64,000 nt of DNA from an uncultured Actinomycetota bacterium (GCA_963834955.1 CAWIDX010000040.1:31573-95572); one strand, 5' to 3'; shown: positions 1 to 12,931, counted from the first letter of the stretch. Notes: generated by a model from the sequence alone, not told the origin. Translations and numbers: made by a program.

Positions 1-2
1 AA

Positions 3-404
3 TCGCTACCCGGCCGGGTGGTCCTCATCGCTCCGGTGCTCGACGCCAGCCTGACCAACCCAAATGTCGCACTGGTCGACGACCCGCTGCTTGATCCCGA
101 CGCGTCGCGAAGGAACGGGCGGCGCTGGGCCGGGAACCTCGACATCAAAGATCCGGTGGTCAGCCCGCTGTACGGATCGCTGGAAGGGCTTCCCCCGACC
201 ACGGTATACGCCGGTTCGCTGGACCTGCGCGCCCCCGATGTGCTTGTCCTGCAACAGCTGGCCGCGGCCACGCCGGGCGCCGACTTCACTTTCGAACTTC
301 GCAACGGTCAAATCCACGACTGGATCATCTTCGCGTTCCTGCCCGACGCGCGCGCCGAACGCCCCGGTCTCTACGGCCACCTTGGCCTCACAGAGGATGC
401 CTGA
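3..404 (+). CDS. alpha/beta hydrolase (HSL-like esterase/lipase), C-terminal part; 5' end outside window
   Basis: PVVSPLYGSLEGLPPTTVYAGSLD and GQIHDW match the catalytic Asp/His region of abhydrolase_3 esterases. Confidence 0.8.
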   Translation, partial: SLPGRVVLIAPVLDASLTNPNVALVDDPLLDPDASRRNGRRWAGNLDIKDPVVSPLYGSLEGLPPTTVYAGSLDLRAPDVLVLQQLAAATPGADFTFELRNGQIHDWIIFAFLPDARAERPGLYGHLGLTEDA

Positions 405-639
405 GCAGCGGGTCGGGCAGGTTGCCGGTTGCGGTGCTCTGTTGCTTGGTTTCTACATGAGGGTGGGGCGATCGACGTAGCCATGAACATCGGCCGGCGA
501 GACCGGGCACATCCCGATAGAGTCGCGGGATTGTCGTCGGAGGGCGGCGCGTGATGGTCGGTCGGTGGTCGAGGTGGCTGGGCGCGGGTGCGCTCACCGC
601 GGGGGTGTGGGCGCGGGGCCGCTGTCGGCGTTCTCGGTT

Positions 640-912
640 GGATCTCATTCCACGGTGTCCTCATATGGACGTGGTAGCTGATAGTCACACAGATGGCGCC
701 GGTGGTCATACCGCCGATCGGCACGCCGCAGTCAGGAACGGGAAATAGTCAGTGCCGGGGCTCAGTGGCTGGTCGGCAGGGCGCCATCCGGCAGGTTCGG
801 TAGCCGGCCAGCTTCCGCTCGATTCCCGCGGATCCCGCTGGGCACGTCACCCGCCACGTTCTGGCTGGGGCTGCCCGACTGGTCGCCGTCATAAGCCGGC
901 ATTAGGTGAGAC
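640..912 (-). pseudogene. M28 aminopeptidase (LpqL-like) fragment
   Basis: Reading across frameshifts gives SPNAG-YDGDQS...VPSGSAGIERKLAGY...PADQPLSPGTDYFPFLTA-VPIGGMTTGA, resembling mycobacterial M28 peptidases; no start and many indels. Confidence 0.6.
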
Positions 913-1045
913 GATGGTGTAGAAGCAGGAACGGTTAAGCGATCACGCGGTTACCGCTGGGAACGCGACGACAACAGTCAACCACGCAAAATCGACGATT
1001 AGACGCTTCGGCCATGCATCGGCACAACGACGGGCCGTTATTGGG

Positions 1046-1678
1046 TCAGCCGGGCACCAGCGCCGCCGCCCACGTCGCATACGACAGCGACTGCACGATC
1101 TCGAGCTCCTGGGGCGTCGATTCGGTGAACACAAACCGGCCGACACGCAGGAGGTTGTGTCCACACCGACTCGGCCGAACCGAACGACTCCAGGCCGACC
1201 GTCCACCAGGGCTCGTGCCCAGCAGCCAGAGGGTTACAAGCTCGAAGGTGCATCCTTCGTCGGGCTGATCATCCGGGGCCACCTCGGTCGGCCCCCGTCG
1301 GTGGACCGAGAACAGGCGTCGGCGGCGCTGCTTGTCGATCGTGATCCATGTCGGTTCCGATGAGACGATGCTGTCGGCCCACTTCGGGTAACGATCCAGC
1401 GGCGCGCTCCACTTCACCCAGTCGTCGACCCGAGCCATGACCCGCGGGCCCAACCGGGTCACTGTGGGACCACGCAGCCTAGCCTTGACCTCGAAGGCGC
1501 TCCGGCTGGGATCGTGGGTGTCACGGAGCTTGACGCCGACCGAGTCGCAGCCCGGGAACACGAGATAACAGTCGTTCCGCGCCTCGGGCGCCTGGGGAAG
1601 GTCCGAGCCGAACCAGGCCACGACCCGGTTGGGCAGTTCGCCCTTGAAGAACCAATGGGCTTCGCTGGTGTGCAGCAT
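1046..1678 (-). CDS. hypothetical protein, CYTH/triphosphate-tunnel-like; probably two compensating frameshifts near 1230-1160
   Basis: E-x-x-WF start, RxDxYL, GVKLR, EVK and GCxxEL motifs; WWTVGLESFG lies in an alternate frame. Confidence 0.5.
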   Translation of the reverse strand: MLHTSEAHWFFKGELPNRVVAWFGSDLPQAPEARNDCYLVFPGCDSVGVKLRDTHDPSRSAFEVKARLRGPTVTRLGPRVMARVDDWVKWSAPLDRYPKWADSIVSSEPTWITIDKQRRRRLFSVHRRGPTEVAPDDQPDEGCTFELVTLWLLGTSPGGRSAWSRSVRPSRCGHNLLRVGRFVFTESTPQELEIVQSLSYATWAAALVPG

Positions 1679-2028
1679 GGGCCTCCTCCCCAAACATAGT
1701 CATGGTACGGAGGACCGTACGTTTCGCGCCATCGGCTCGGGTAGCGGATTCTCCACCGTTTCGGGCACCAATCGCCGTAAACGCGTTCGGGTGGGGTTGG
1801 GTAAAAACCCCAGAGGGGGAAGGGCCCTTTCGTCGCCCGAACGCTCGATCTGAGGGGCAGGAATGGCCATCACTGGCCGACGAACGGGTTGGTCTCGTGG
1901 CGGGGGTGTGAGCATGCCTAGTCGTCTCTCAGCCACAAGGGACAAGCCGAACTCGGCTCCGAACTTCAGCAACTGCTGGCCCCGCGTTGTGATGCCCGCC
2001 AAGCCCGGTGATCTGGTCCGCTGCATCA

Positions 2029-2274
2029 ATGCCGGTGCACGCGTCGTGGCTCAATCAGATCGAGATCGTGTTCTCGGTGATCCGACGCAAGGTGGTCAAG
2101 CCGGCCGACTTCGACGATCTGGATGCGTTGGCGCAGCGGCTGATCGAGTTCGAGCCACGCTACAACGCCACCGCGGCGCCGTTCGACTGGCGCTTCACCC
2201 GCGCCGACCTCAACGATCTGATGCGGCGCATCGAGATTCACCGCTCCGGCGCCAGCGGGCAGACGGCGGCATGA
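2029..2274 (+). pseudogene. IS630-family transposase, C-terminal fragment
   Basis: PVHASWLNQIEIVFSVIRRK...YNATAAPFDWRF is the IS630 DDE C-terminal signature; the N-terminus is missing. Confidence 0.85.
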
Positions 2275-2325
2275 ACCGGCCTGACACGGCCAGAGAGCCG
2301 GGCCAGCGGCTGAGAAGATGAGCTG

Positions 2326-2685
2326 ATGCCCACGCCTCCCACCTCCACCAAAACAAGCCTCGGTCAACGGCTATCCGATCACGCCCGCCAGCGCTGGCCC
2401 GCGCTGAACAGGGTCAGCATCCGCTTTCGCGGCGCATTCGCCTACGTCGACGCGCACCTGCCCGACGGTGAAATCATGCCGCTGTGTCGCCTGCGCTACA
2501 GCGGCTCGGCGAGCATCTGGGGATTCGCCATCTACCGCGCCAGCCACAACGACTACCAAAACTCGTTCCTGCCCACCGGCCACACCGCCGGCAGCCCCGA
2601 AGAAGCCCTCGACTGCGCCTGCGGCCTCTACCTCGGCGATCCCACCGCATTGATCGAAGCCATCACCGATACGCCGACGAACTAA
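2326..2685 (+). CDS. hypothetical passenger protein inside the IS630 element
   Basis: Intact 119-aa ORF (LCRLRYSGSASIWGFAIYRAS...PEEALDCACGLYL) between the transposase and the putative right end. Confidence 0.7.
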   Translation: MPTPPTSTKTSLGQRLSDHARQRWPALNRVSIRFRGAFAYVDAHLPDGEIMPLCRLRYSGSASIWGFAIYRASHNDYQNSFLPTGHTAGSPEEALDCACGLYLGDPTALIEAITDTPTN

Positions 2686-2696
2686 CGATATGCCCA

Positions 2697-3705
2697 CTAG
2701 TTGGGCAATCGGCGGTTGATGAACACCGCCGCCAGCGCAGCGCAAGCCAGCACAAGTGATCCGAGTCGCAGCCAACCCACGCTGGCGTCACCGCGGATGG
2801 TCTCGTAGCCGATTTGCTGCTGCAAAGTCGAGTAGACGTTCTTCAGCTCGGACAGGCTGCTCGCGCTGTAGGACTCGCCGCCGGACAGCGAGGCGATCCG
2901 ATCGAGCATTTCGGTGTCGACGGGGACCGGTTGGCGCTGGTCGTTGATCTCCACATAGCCGTAGGGGGTGCCGAACGAGATCGTGGAGATCGGCACTCCT
3001 TGGTCCTTGGCGGTGCGCGCGGCGGTGTAGGCGCCCTTTGGGTTGTCCGGGTTGGACGGCACTGTCTCCTTGCCGTCGGAGAACAGCACGATCCGCGCGG
3101 GTGGGGGTTCGTCGCCGCCGCCGATCACCGCACCGACAGTGGCGATGGCCTGCAGCGCGGTGAAGATCCCCTCGCCCGTCGCGGTGCGGTCGGCCAATTG
3201 CAGCTTGTCGATCGCCCGCTTGGTGGACTCGCGATTGGTGGTCGGCGAAACCAGAACGGTGGCGGTTCCGGCATAGGAGATCAGGCCCAGGTTGATGCCC
3301 GGCGTCAGCTCGTCGGCGAACTGCTTGGACGCCTCTTGCGCGGCGGCGAGTCGATTCGGCGGCACGTCGGTGGCCCGCATCGACTGCGACACGTCGATCA
3401 CCAGCATCACCACCGCGCGGTTGCGGGGGATCCGCACATCGTGTGTGGGCCCGGCCATCGCGGTCGTCAAGAGAACCAGATGACACCACCAGCAGAATCG
3501 CCGGCACGTGCCGCCAGCGGTTCGGCCGTTGCGGCGCAACGCTTTCCAGCAGCTCCATGTTGGCGAACCGCAGGATCCGGCGCTGGCGAGCCAGCTGGGC
3601 GATGACATAGAGAGCGATCAGGACGATGACGAGGACGAGAAACAGGAACCACCACACGTGTTGAAACCCGGTGAGCGTCATCGGCCCGAGCAGCGGAATG
3701 GTCAT
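2697..3705 (-). CDS. vWA-domain membrane protein (Rv1481-like), frameshift near 3480
   Basis: MIDAS motif DVSQSM, TATGEGI and LFSDG; the N-terminal TM segment is in another frame. Confidence 0.9.
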
Positions 3706-3723
3706 GCAACGACCACCTGTCAA

Positions 3724-3780
3724 TTCACGCGTGTCATTCGCAAGTGTCATTTCACCGGTGTCATTTCAGAGGTGTCATTG
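3724..3780 (-). repeat. four AATGACAC units at 13-14 bp spacing, forming ATGA-coupled mini-ORFs
   Basis: GTGTCATT at 3731, 3744, 3758 and 3772 on the + strand. Confidence 0.85.
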
Positions 3781-3800
3781 CAAGTCAGTGTCGGCGCCGA

Positions 3801-4748
3801 CTACCGACCCGCCAGTGCGCCGCGCCGCCGGGATGCGACGAACCGCACGATGTCGGCGATCCAGTCGCGATCTGTGCGAAGCGACATCAGTGGTGCGCCG
3901 CAGCGGCGAATGGTGCGGGCGACCTCGGCCCGATGGGCTGCCGCGGCCTTCTCGAAGTCCTCCCGCAGCTGCGCATCGATGGTGAATTCGCGCGTCACGC
4001 CCGACTCGGTGTCCTGCAGGATAACGTCCCCGACATCGGGCAATTCCACGTCGCGCGGGTCGAGCACCTCAATACCGAGCACCTCGTGTCGGGCCGCGAT
4101 CGCGCGCAACGGGCGCATCCAGTTGATCGGGCCGAGGAAGTCGCTGATCACCACCGCCATCCCGCGCCGGCGCTCCGGTCGCCGCAGCGCGTCGATGGCG
4201 ACCGCCAGGTCGCCACGCACCCCGACCTTGGCCTTCGGGGTCGTCGCGATCGCGCGCAACAGCGTCTGCTCGTGGGCTCGGCCCGAGCGGGCCGGCACCC
4301 GCACGATCGTCTCCCCGTTGGCCACCAGCGCACCGAGGCGGTTGCCTCCCCCGCTGTTGAGATAGGTGATAGCGGCCGCCGCCGCCACCGCGAGATCGCG
4401 CTTTTCGCAGCCCGTGGTGCCGAAGTCGAGGCTGGCTGACATGTCGACGACAAGCCATGTCTCCAGTTCGCGGTCGGCGATCATCTGGCGAACATGCGGG
4501 TGGGTGGTCCGCGCGGTCACCGACCAGTCCATCCGGCGGACGTCGTCGCCGGGTTGGTAGATGCGGGCCTCGCCCGGCTCCGAGCCTGGTCCGGGCAGCA
4601 GGCCCAGGTGGTCGCCGTGCAGCACCCCGTCGAGCTTGCGCTTGATCGTCAGTTCGAGAGTGCGCAGCGCGGCCGACAGCTTTGGGTCGCCGATCTCGCC
4701 GCGCTTCATCGACGGCGGATGACCGGCGGCCGTTGTCGGTTGGGTCAC
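3801..4748 (-). CDS. DUF58 protein (Rv1480-like)
   Basis: GSEPGEARIYQPGDDVRRMDW, VVDMSASLDFG and ISDF motifs; GTGA overlap with the moxR1 stop. Confidence 0.9.
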   Translation of the reverse strand: MTQPTTAAGHPPSMKRGEIGDPKLSAALRTLELTIKRKLDGVLHGDHLGLLPGPGSEPGEARIYQPGDDVRRMDWSVTARTTHPHVRQMIADRELETWLVVDMSASLDFGTTGCEKRDLAVAAAAAITYLNSGGGNRLGALVANGETIVRVPARSGRAHEQTLLRAIATTPKAKVGVRGDLAVAIDALRRPERRRGMAVVISDFLGPINWMRPLRAIAARHEVLGIEVLDPRDVELPDVGDVILQDTESGVTREFTIDAQLREDFEKAAAAHRAEVARTIRRCGAPLMSLRTDRDWIADIVRFVASRRRGALAGR

Positions 4749-5893
4749 CGGCCGCTCGCCGCGGCCGCCGCGTGTGGCATCACCGGCGGAACCGAATGTC
4801 CCTGTTGCGGAACGGCATTGACCTGCGGCAGCGCCACCGTCTGCATGATCCGGTTGATGACGGTCTCTGCGGAGATGTCGTCGGCCAGCGCGTCGTACGT
4901 CAGCACCAGGCGGTGCCGCAGCACGTCGGGGATGATCTCGATGACGTCTTGCGGGACGACGTAGTCCCGTCCGCGCACCAGAGCCAGCGCCCGCGCGCCG
5001 GCGATGATGCCCAGCGATGCGCGCGGCGATGCACCGAAGGCCACCCACGTCTTGACGTCGTGCATGCCGAACTGGTCCGGCCGGCGGGTAGCGGTGACGA
5101 CCCGCACCACGTAGTCGACCAGCGCGTGGTGCACAAAGTTGTTGCTGGCTGCGTCCTGCAGCCGCAGCAGGTCGCCGGGAGCCAGGATCTGCTTGGGCTC
5201 GGGCGGTGTCACGCCCATCCGGTAGACGATCTCGCGCTCCTCCTCCGGCGAGGGGTAGCCGACGTTGATCTTGAACAGGAAGCGGTCGCGCTGCGCCTCG
5301 GGAAGGGCATAGACACCCTCCTGCTCGATCGGGTTCTGGGTGGCCATCACCAGGAATGGCTTCGGCAGTGGGAAGGTCTTGCCGCCGATGGAGATCTTGC
5401 GCTCGGCCATGACCTCCAGCAGCGCCGACTGCACCTTGGCGGGTGCGCGGTTGATCTCGTCGGCGAGCAGGAAGTTGACGACGACGGGACCGAGTTCGAT
5501 GTCGAACTCCTCCCTGCCCTGCCGGTAGATGCGAGTGCCGATGATGTCGGTCGGCACCAGGTCGGGCGTGAACTGGATGCGGGCGAACGTGCCACCAACG
5601 ACCCGGGCGAAGGTCTCCACGGCCAGTGTCTTGGCAACACCCGGAACGCCTTCGAGCAGCACGTGGCCCTTGGCGAGCAGACCCACCAGAATGCGCTCGA
5701 CCAGCTGGTCCTGCCCCACGATGATGCGCTTGACCTCGTAGATCGCGCGCTCCAGGGTGTGCACGTCCCCGGCAAGCCCACCGCTGCCGCTCGACGGCGC
5801 GACCTGGGTGGCCGGTGTACCCGTATATCCGGGTGCCCCGCCTGGTCCCGAAAAACTTCCGGGGCCCTGCGGCGGCCCACCTGGTGACGTCAT
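4745..5893 (-). CDS. moxR1: MoxR AAA+ ATPase
   Basis: GVPGVAKT Walker A, LADEINRAPAKVQSALLE and ATQNPIEQEG. Confidence 0.95.
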   Translation of the reverse strand: MTSPGGPPQGPGSFSGPGGAPGYTGTPATQVAPSSGSGGLAGDVHTLERAIYEVKRIIVGQDQLVERILVGLLAKGHVLLEGVPGVAKTLAVETFARVVGGTFARIQFTPDLVPTDIIGTRIYRQGREEFDIELGPVVVNFLLADEINRAPAKVQSALLEVMAERKISIGGKTFPLPKPFLVMATQNPIEQEGVYALPEAQRDRFLFKINVGYPSPEEEREIVYRMGVTPPEPKQILAPGDLLRLQDAASNNFVHHALVDYVVRVVTATRRPDQFGMHDVKTWVAFGASPRASLGIIAGARALALVRGRDYVVPQDVIEIIPDVLRHRLVLTYDALADDISAETVINRIMQTVALPQVNAVPQQGHSVPPVMPHAAAAASGR

Positions 5894-6004
5894 GAAGGAT
5901 CCTTCCAAGCTGTCGATCGGACTGTCGATCGGATGTCGTTAGCACTGTGTCCGCCGTCAACTATTCCAGGCGTCTCCAGATCCGTCGACGTAGCGCCCGC
6001 TTAA

Positions 6005-6100
6005 CGTCATCCCCGGGTCGCTTCGTCCCCCGCAAGCGGGAGGTGCCCCCTCCAGCCCGCCGGAGCGTCATCCCCGGGTCGCTTCGCTCCAGCCCGCCGG
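6005..6100. repeat. direct repeat, one copy carrying a 24-bp palindromic REP-like insert
   Basis: CGTCATCCCCGGGTCGCTTCG...CTCCAGCCCGCCGG occurs twice; the first copy has TCCCCCGCAAGCGGGAGGTGCCCC inserted at 6026-6049. Confidence 0.85.
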
Positions 6101-6133
6101 GGAGTCGCCCCCGAGCCGCTTCGCCACCGCCAG

Positions 6134-6859
6134 TCAGTACTCGATGATGCGGGTCACGTACGGCGTCATCCCGGACGTGCGCACCGGGCTGACCGTCACT
6201 TTCCCGGCGCTACCCGATGCCTCGAGCATCCGCCCACCACCGAGATAGATGGCCACGTGCTGGCCGCCGCCCGGCCCCCAGAACAGCAGATCGCCGCGTT
6301 TGGCCTGAGACGGCGGCACCTTGCGCCCGGCGTTGTACTGATCGCCGGAGAACCGGGGAATTTGCACGCCCACACCGGCGAACGCGTAACGAGTGAGGCC
6401 CGAGCAGTCGAACCCGACGGTGCCCGCGCCCGAGCCAAACCCCTCACTGGGCCCGGTCAGGCTGCCACCGCCCCACGAGTAGGGCACCCCCATTTGGGCG
6501 CCGGCGCGCTGGATCACGTACTCGACCGCCTCCTTGCCATATACCCGTCCCGGCGCTGCACCGGGAGCCGGATCGCCGAAGATCCCCAGGCTGCCGAGGA
6601 ACTTGCGGCCGAGATCGAGGGTGGTCTGTGCCGCCAGCGTGCTGGCCTGCAGCGACGCGTTGGCGATCGCGACCGGGTCACCCTGCGCACCGGCACTGAT
6701 TATCTGGGGCAACGTCGGATCCCACTGTCCGCCGCCGGGTTGGGCCGCCGCCGCCGGTGTCAGGGCGGCCAGCGGCGAGACGACGGCCGGCGCCGCGAGC
6801 GCGATCAGCGCCGGGACGACGGTCAGGCGGGCGATCCGCAGCAGGGTCCTTAAGCGCAA
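6134..6859 (-). CDS. ripB: NlpC/P60 peptidoglycan endopeptidase RipB
   Basis: Signal peptide, VPYSWGGG, GFDCSGL and HVAIYLG; follows ripA. Confidence 0.92.
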   Translation of the reverse strand: MRLRTLLRIARLTVVPALIALAAPAVVSPLAALTPAAAAQPGGGQWDPTLPQIISAGAQGDPVAIANASLQASTLAAQTTLDLGRKFLGSLGIFGDPAPGAAPGRVYGKEAVEYVIQRAGAQMGVPYSWGGGSLTGPSEGFGSGAGTVGFDCSGLTRYAFAGVGVQIPRFSGDQYNAGRKVPPSQAKRGDLLFWGPGGGQHVAIYLGGGRMLEASGSAGKVTVSPVRTSGMTPYVTRIIEY

Positions 6860-6877
6860 ACGCAGATCACCACTTGG

Positions 6878-8291
6878 TCAGTACTCGATGTAGCGGACGG
6901 CGTGCGGCGTCATGCCGCTGGTCCGCACCGGCGAGATCTTCACGACGGAACCGGTGTAGGGGGCCTCGATCATGTTGTTGCCGCCGAGGTAGATGGCCAC
7001 GTGTTGGCTGCCGCCCGGACCCCAGAAGAGCACGTCGCCGCGGCGCATCTGTGCCGTCGGGATCTTGCGGCCCATGTCGTACTGCGACCCGGAGTAATGC
7101 GGCAGCTTGATCCCGACGCCGGCGAACGCGTACAGCACCAGGCCGGAGCAGTCGAAGCCGACAGTGCCCGCGCCCGAATCGATTCCCTTGCTGGGACCCG
7201 CCGCGTTACCGCCGCCCCACGAGTACGGCACGCCGCGCTGGCTCATGGCCCGCTGCGATCACGTACTCCGACGCCCGCTGCCCGTGCGTGCGCGGGATGA
7301 CGCCGTTGGTGATGCCGGTGTCGGCGGGCTTGAGGATGCCCAACTTCAGCAGGAAGTTGCGGCCGAGGTCCGCGGTCACCTGCGCAGAGGTGGCCGAGAT
7401 CTGCAGCACCGCGTTGACGATCGCGATCGGGTCACCGCTGACGAAGGCGCTGGGCACCATCGGCAGCGTGGTGTCCCATTGGCTGGCATCGCCGAAGGGC
7501 GGCGCGCCCGGGGCTGCCTGGGGTTTGCGGTCCCAGTTACTTCCCCCGGGCGGCGGAGCGGTCTGACCGCTCGAGGTCGACCACGTCGCCTGCGCCGCCG
7601 TCAAGCGGGCCTGTGCAGCGTCACGTTGGGCGGTCACCCGGTCTAGTTCGGTCTGTTGCGTGCCGAACTCCTTCTGCGCATCGGTGAGCGCGGCGACCGC
7701 GGCGTCCTGACTGCGCTGAGCGTCCGCGGCAGCCTGATCGGCCTTCAGTTGAGCGGCGCGCGCGGCGGAGGCCTTGTTGACCATGTCGGTCCGCGCGCGC
7801 TGCAGGTCGGTCATCACCTGTCGGGCGCTCATGGCCAGCGTCTGGTTGGCCGACGCCGCAGCGATGAGGTCGTCCGGGTCGCTGGCCGTCAGGAAGGACT
7901 TCGACGGGCCGTTGACGTAGGCGATGACGGCGTAGCGGTCAAACCGCTTCTGCGCTGCGGCGATTGCGGCGTTGGCGTCGCCGACCGCACGCTGGGAGGC
8001 GTCCACGTCTAGCTTGGCCGTCGCCGCGGTGTCGCGTGCGGTTTGCACGTCGACGATGGCCTTGTTGACGCTTTCGGCGCGGGTCTGCACAGCCGCCCCG
8101 AGGTCCTGAAGCCTTTGGTTTGCGTCGGCAACATCGGCGATCAGCGCGGCGACGTCGGTGGGCACGGCAGGTCCGGGATCAGCGCCGGCCAGCCCCGGGG
8201 TCGTCAGCAACATAGCGACCGCAACCGCGATGGTGAGCGCGGGCGCGCACACCTGGCGAATGCCGTTCACCGCGCGGCAGGTGCGTCTCAT
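6878..8291 (-). CDS. ripA: NlpC/P60 endopeptidase RipA, frameshift near 7250
   Basis: Signal peptide, long coiled coil and WDTTLP linker; the NlpC/P60 domain (GFDCSGL) is in the next frame. Confidence 0.9.
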
Positions 8292-8367
8292 TCGACTCAC
8301 GTCTCCTATGGCTGTGCCGGGCATCACATCAGACACACGAACAACAAGAATCCCAGGAGCAACCTAC

Positions 8368-8444
8368 GTCACAAATGTCACTAAAGAAACTTAGGTCACA
8401 AACTACACTTTTGTAATTGAAGAGAGCGTGACCAAACGGTGATC
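8368..8444. promoter_or_regulatory. putative MtrA-binding GTCAC repeats in the ripA promoter
   Basis: GTCACA at 8368, GTCACT at 8377 and GTCACA at 8395; GTGACC/GTGATC 11 bp apart at 8428 and 8439; ripA is a known MtrA target. Confidence 0.55.
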
Positions 8445-8488
8445 TTTGTCGTCACCGCCCGACGCGCGGTGGTGGGAGAAAGCGCAGG

Positions 8489-9029
8489 TCAGATGCGCTC
8501 GGCCGGCTCGTCAGCCGGGGCTGCCCGCTTGGCTCGAACCTGTAGCAGCCGGGTCACAGCCACCGCGGCGGCGACCAGTATGACGAGCGCAATTGTCCAC
8601 GCGGTCCAGGGGAAATGCGGCGTGGTCAATTCGCTGACGAAGTTCTGCGAGGACTGCACCGGGTTGCCATTCTTGGCCAGGTCCTCGCCGGCCTCCAGGG
8701 TCACTCGGTCGTAGTTCCGGCTATAACTTCCGGCAAATGACGGACTCATCGCCAGCACCGTCGAACCCGGATACGCCGCGCCCACGTCCGTGGCGATGTC
8801 CCGCAGTGGCGCCTCGATCGGAGGATTGTTGGCGACGACGACGAGTCTTGAGGTCGATGCCCTCTTGCTTGGCCTCTTCGATGACCTGACGCAGGCCCGC
8901 GATGTCGTTTCCCGGAGCGCTGACGCCGTCGTCGCGCACGTCGGCGATCACTGCATTGATGTCGACGTCGGGGGGTATCTCAGTCGGAAGAACTGGAAGA
9001 AGGAACGGAAGGGTGTGCGGACCGGACAC
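8489..9029 (-). CDS. Rv1476-like membrane protein, frameshift near 8845
   Basis: IPPDVD...DDGVSAP...GIDLK joined to LRDIAT...DRVTLEAGED and a C-terminal TM; syntenic between acn and ripA. Confidence 0.8.
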
Positions 9030-9145
9030 TAATGAGGTCTCCTTTTCGCGCTTGCGTCCCGTAGGTAGCTGGAACGGTACGCCAGGACGGCGACCCATCG
9101 ATGGCGGCGCCCCGACCACTTCAAACAGGACAACCGTACTGCTAG

Positions 9146-12043
<2,898 letters not shown>

Positions 12044-12065
12044 ACCGGCGCCGTCGCACACGTAG

Positions 12066-12629
12066 ATGCCTCGAGTCAGCGAGGACCACTTAGCGGCGCG
12101 TCGTCGCCAGATCCTCGACGGCGCCCGGCGATGCTTCGCGGAGTACGGCTTCGACGGCGCCACCGTGCGGCGGCTGGAGGAGACGATCGGGTTGTCCCGG
12201 GGCGCCATCTTCCACCACTTCCGTGATAAGGACACGCTGTTCTTCGAGTTGGCCCGCGAGGACGCCGAGCGGATGGCCGACGTGGTGTCGCGGGACGGGC
12301 TGATCCAGGTCATGCGCGACCTGTTGGCCGCACCCGACCAGTTCGACTGGCTGGCAACGCGGTTGGAGATCGCACGCAAGCTGCGCAACGATCCGGCGTT
12401 TCATCGAGGATGGTCCGAACGCGCCGCGGAACTGTCGGCGGCAACGTCCGACCGGCTGCGTCGCCAGCGCCAGTCGGGTCGGCTGCGCGACGACGTGGCG
12501 CCGGACGTGTTGCAGTGCTACCTGGATCTGGTACTCGACGGACTGGTGGCGCGGCTGGCAGCCGGAGAGGACCCGGTCCGGCTGTCGGCTGTCCTCGACG
12601 TGGTGGAGGACTCCGTTAGAAGGCGGTGA
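12066..12629 (+). CDS. TetR-family regulator (Rv1474c-like, acn operon)
   Basis: N-terminal TetR HTH (GLSRGAIFHHF); synteny. Confidence 0.9.
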   Translation: MPRVSEDHLAARRRQILDGARRCFAEYGFDGATVRRLEETIGLSRGAIFHHFRDKDTLFFELAREDAERMADVVSRDGLIQVMRDLLAAPDQFDWLATRLEIARKLRNDPAFHRGWSERAAELSAATSDRLRRQRQSGRLRDDVAPDVLQCYLDLVLDGLVARLAAGEDPVRLSAVLDVVEDSVRRR

Positions 12630-12641
12630 GCGCCCAGCCGC

Positions 12642-12836
12642 TCAGACGATCCGGCGGCCAGTGTGGTTGGGCCCGCCGCGGCTGCGCATCCTGGTGCCCG
12701 ATTCGCGCAACAGCGCATGCACCGATCCGTACGAGCGGCCGGTGGTGGCCACCAGAGACCTGATACTGGCCCCGGATTCGTACGCATTGCGCAGCTCGTG
12801 CAACAACTGGTCGTGAGCCTTGTCCGGCTTCCTCAT
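12642..12836 (-). CDS. small HTH protein (Rv1473A-like)
   Basis: YESGASIRSL...GRSYGSVHALLRESG...RSRGG. Confidence 0.85.
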   Translation of the reverse strand: MRKPDKAHDQLLHELRNAYESGASIRSLVATTGRSYGSVHALLRESGTRMRSRGGPNHTGRRIV

Positions 12837-12931
12837 GACGTCTCCCCGGGTGGGTATGTGCCCCGCTATAGAGAGGGTAGAAAGAGGGGCCTGGTGCGTG
12901 CGGCAAAACCGCCGAAATCGCTTGGGCCAGT

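Larger units (their letters stand above)
2029..2700 (+). mobile_element. truncated IS630-family element, right part
   Basis: Transposase fragment plus passenger ORF, ending GAACTAACGATATGCCCAC-TAG at a TA within CTAG (2697-2700). Confidence 0.65.

Noticed and set aside
5910-5938. CTGTCGATCGGA tandem duplication upstream of moxR1
   Set aside because: Only two full copies; simple slippage is sufficient explanation
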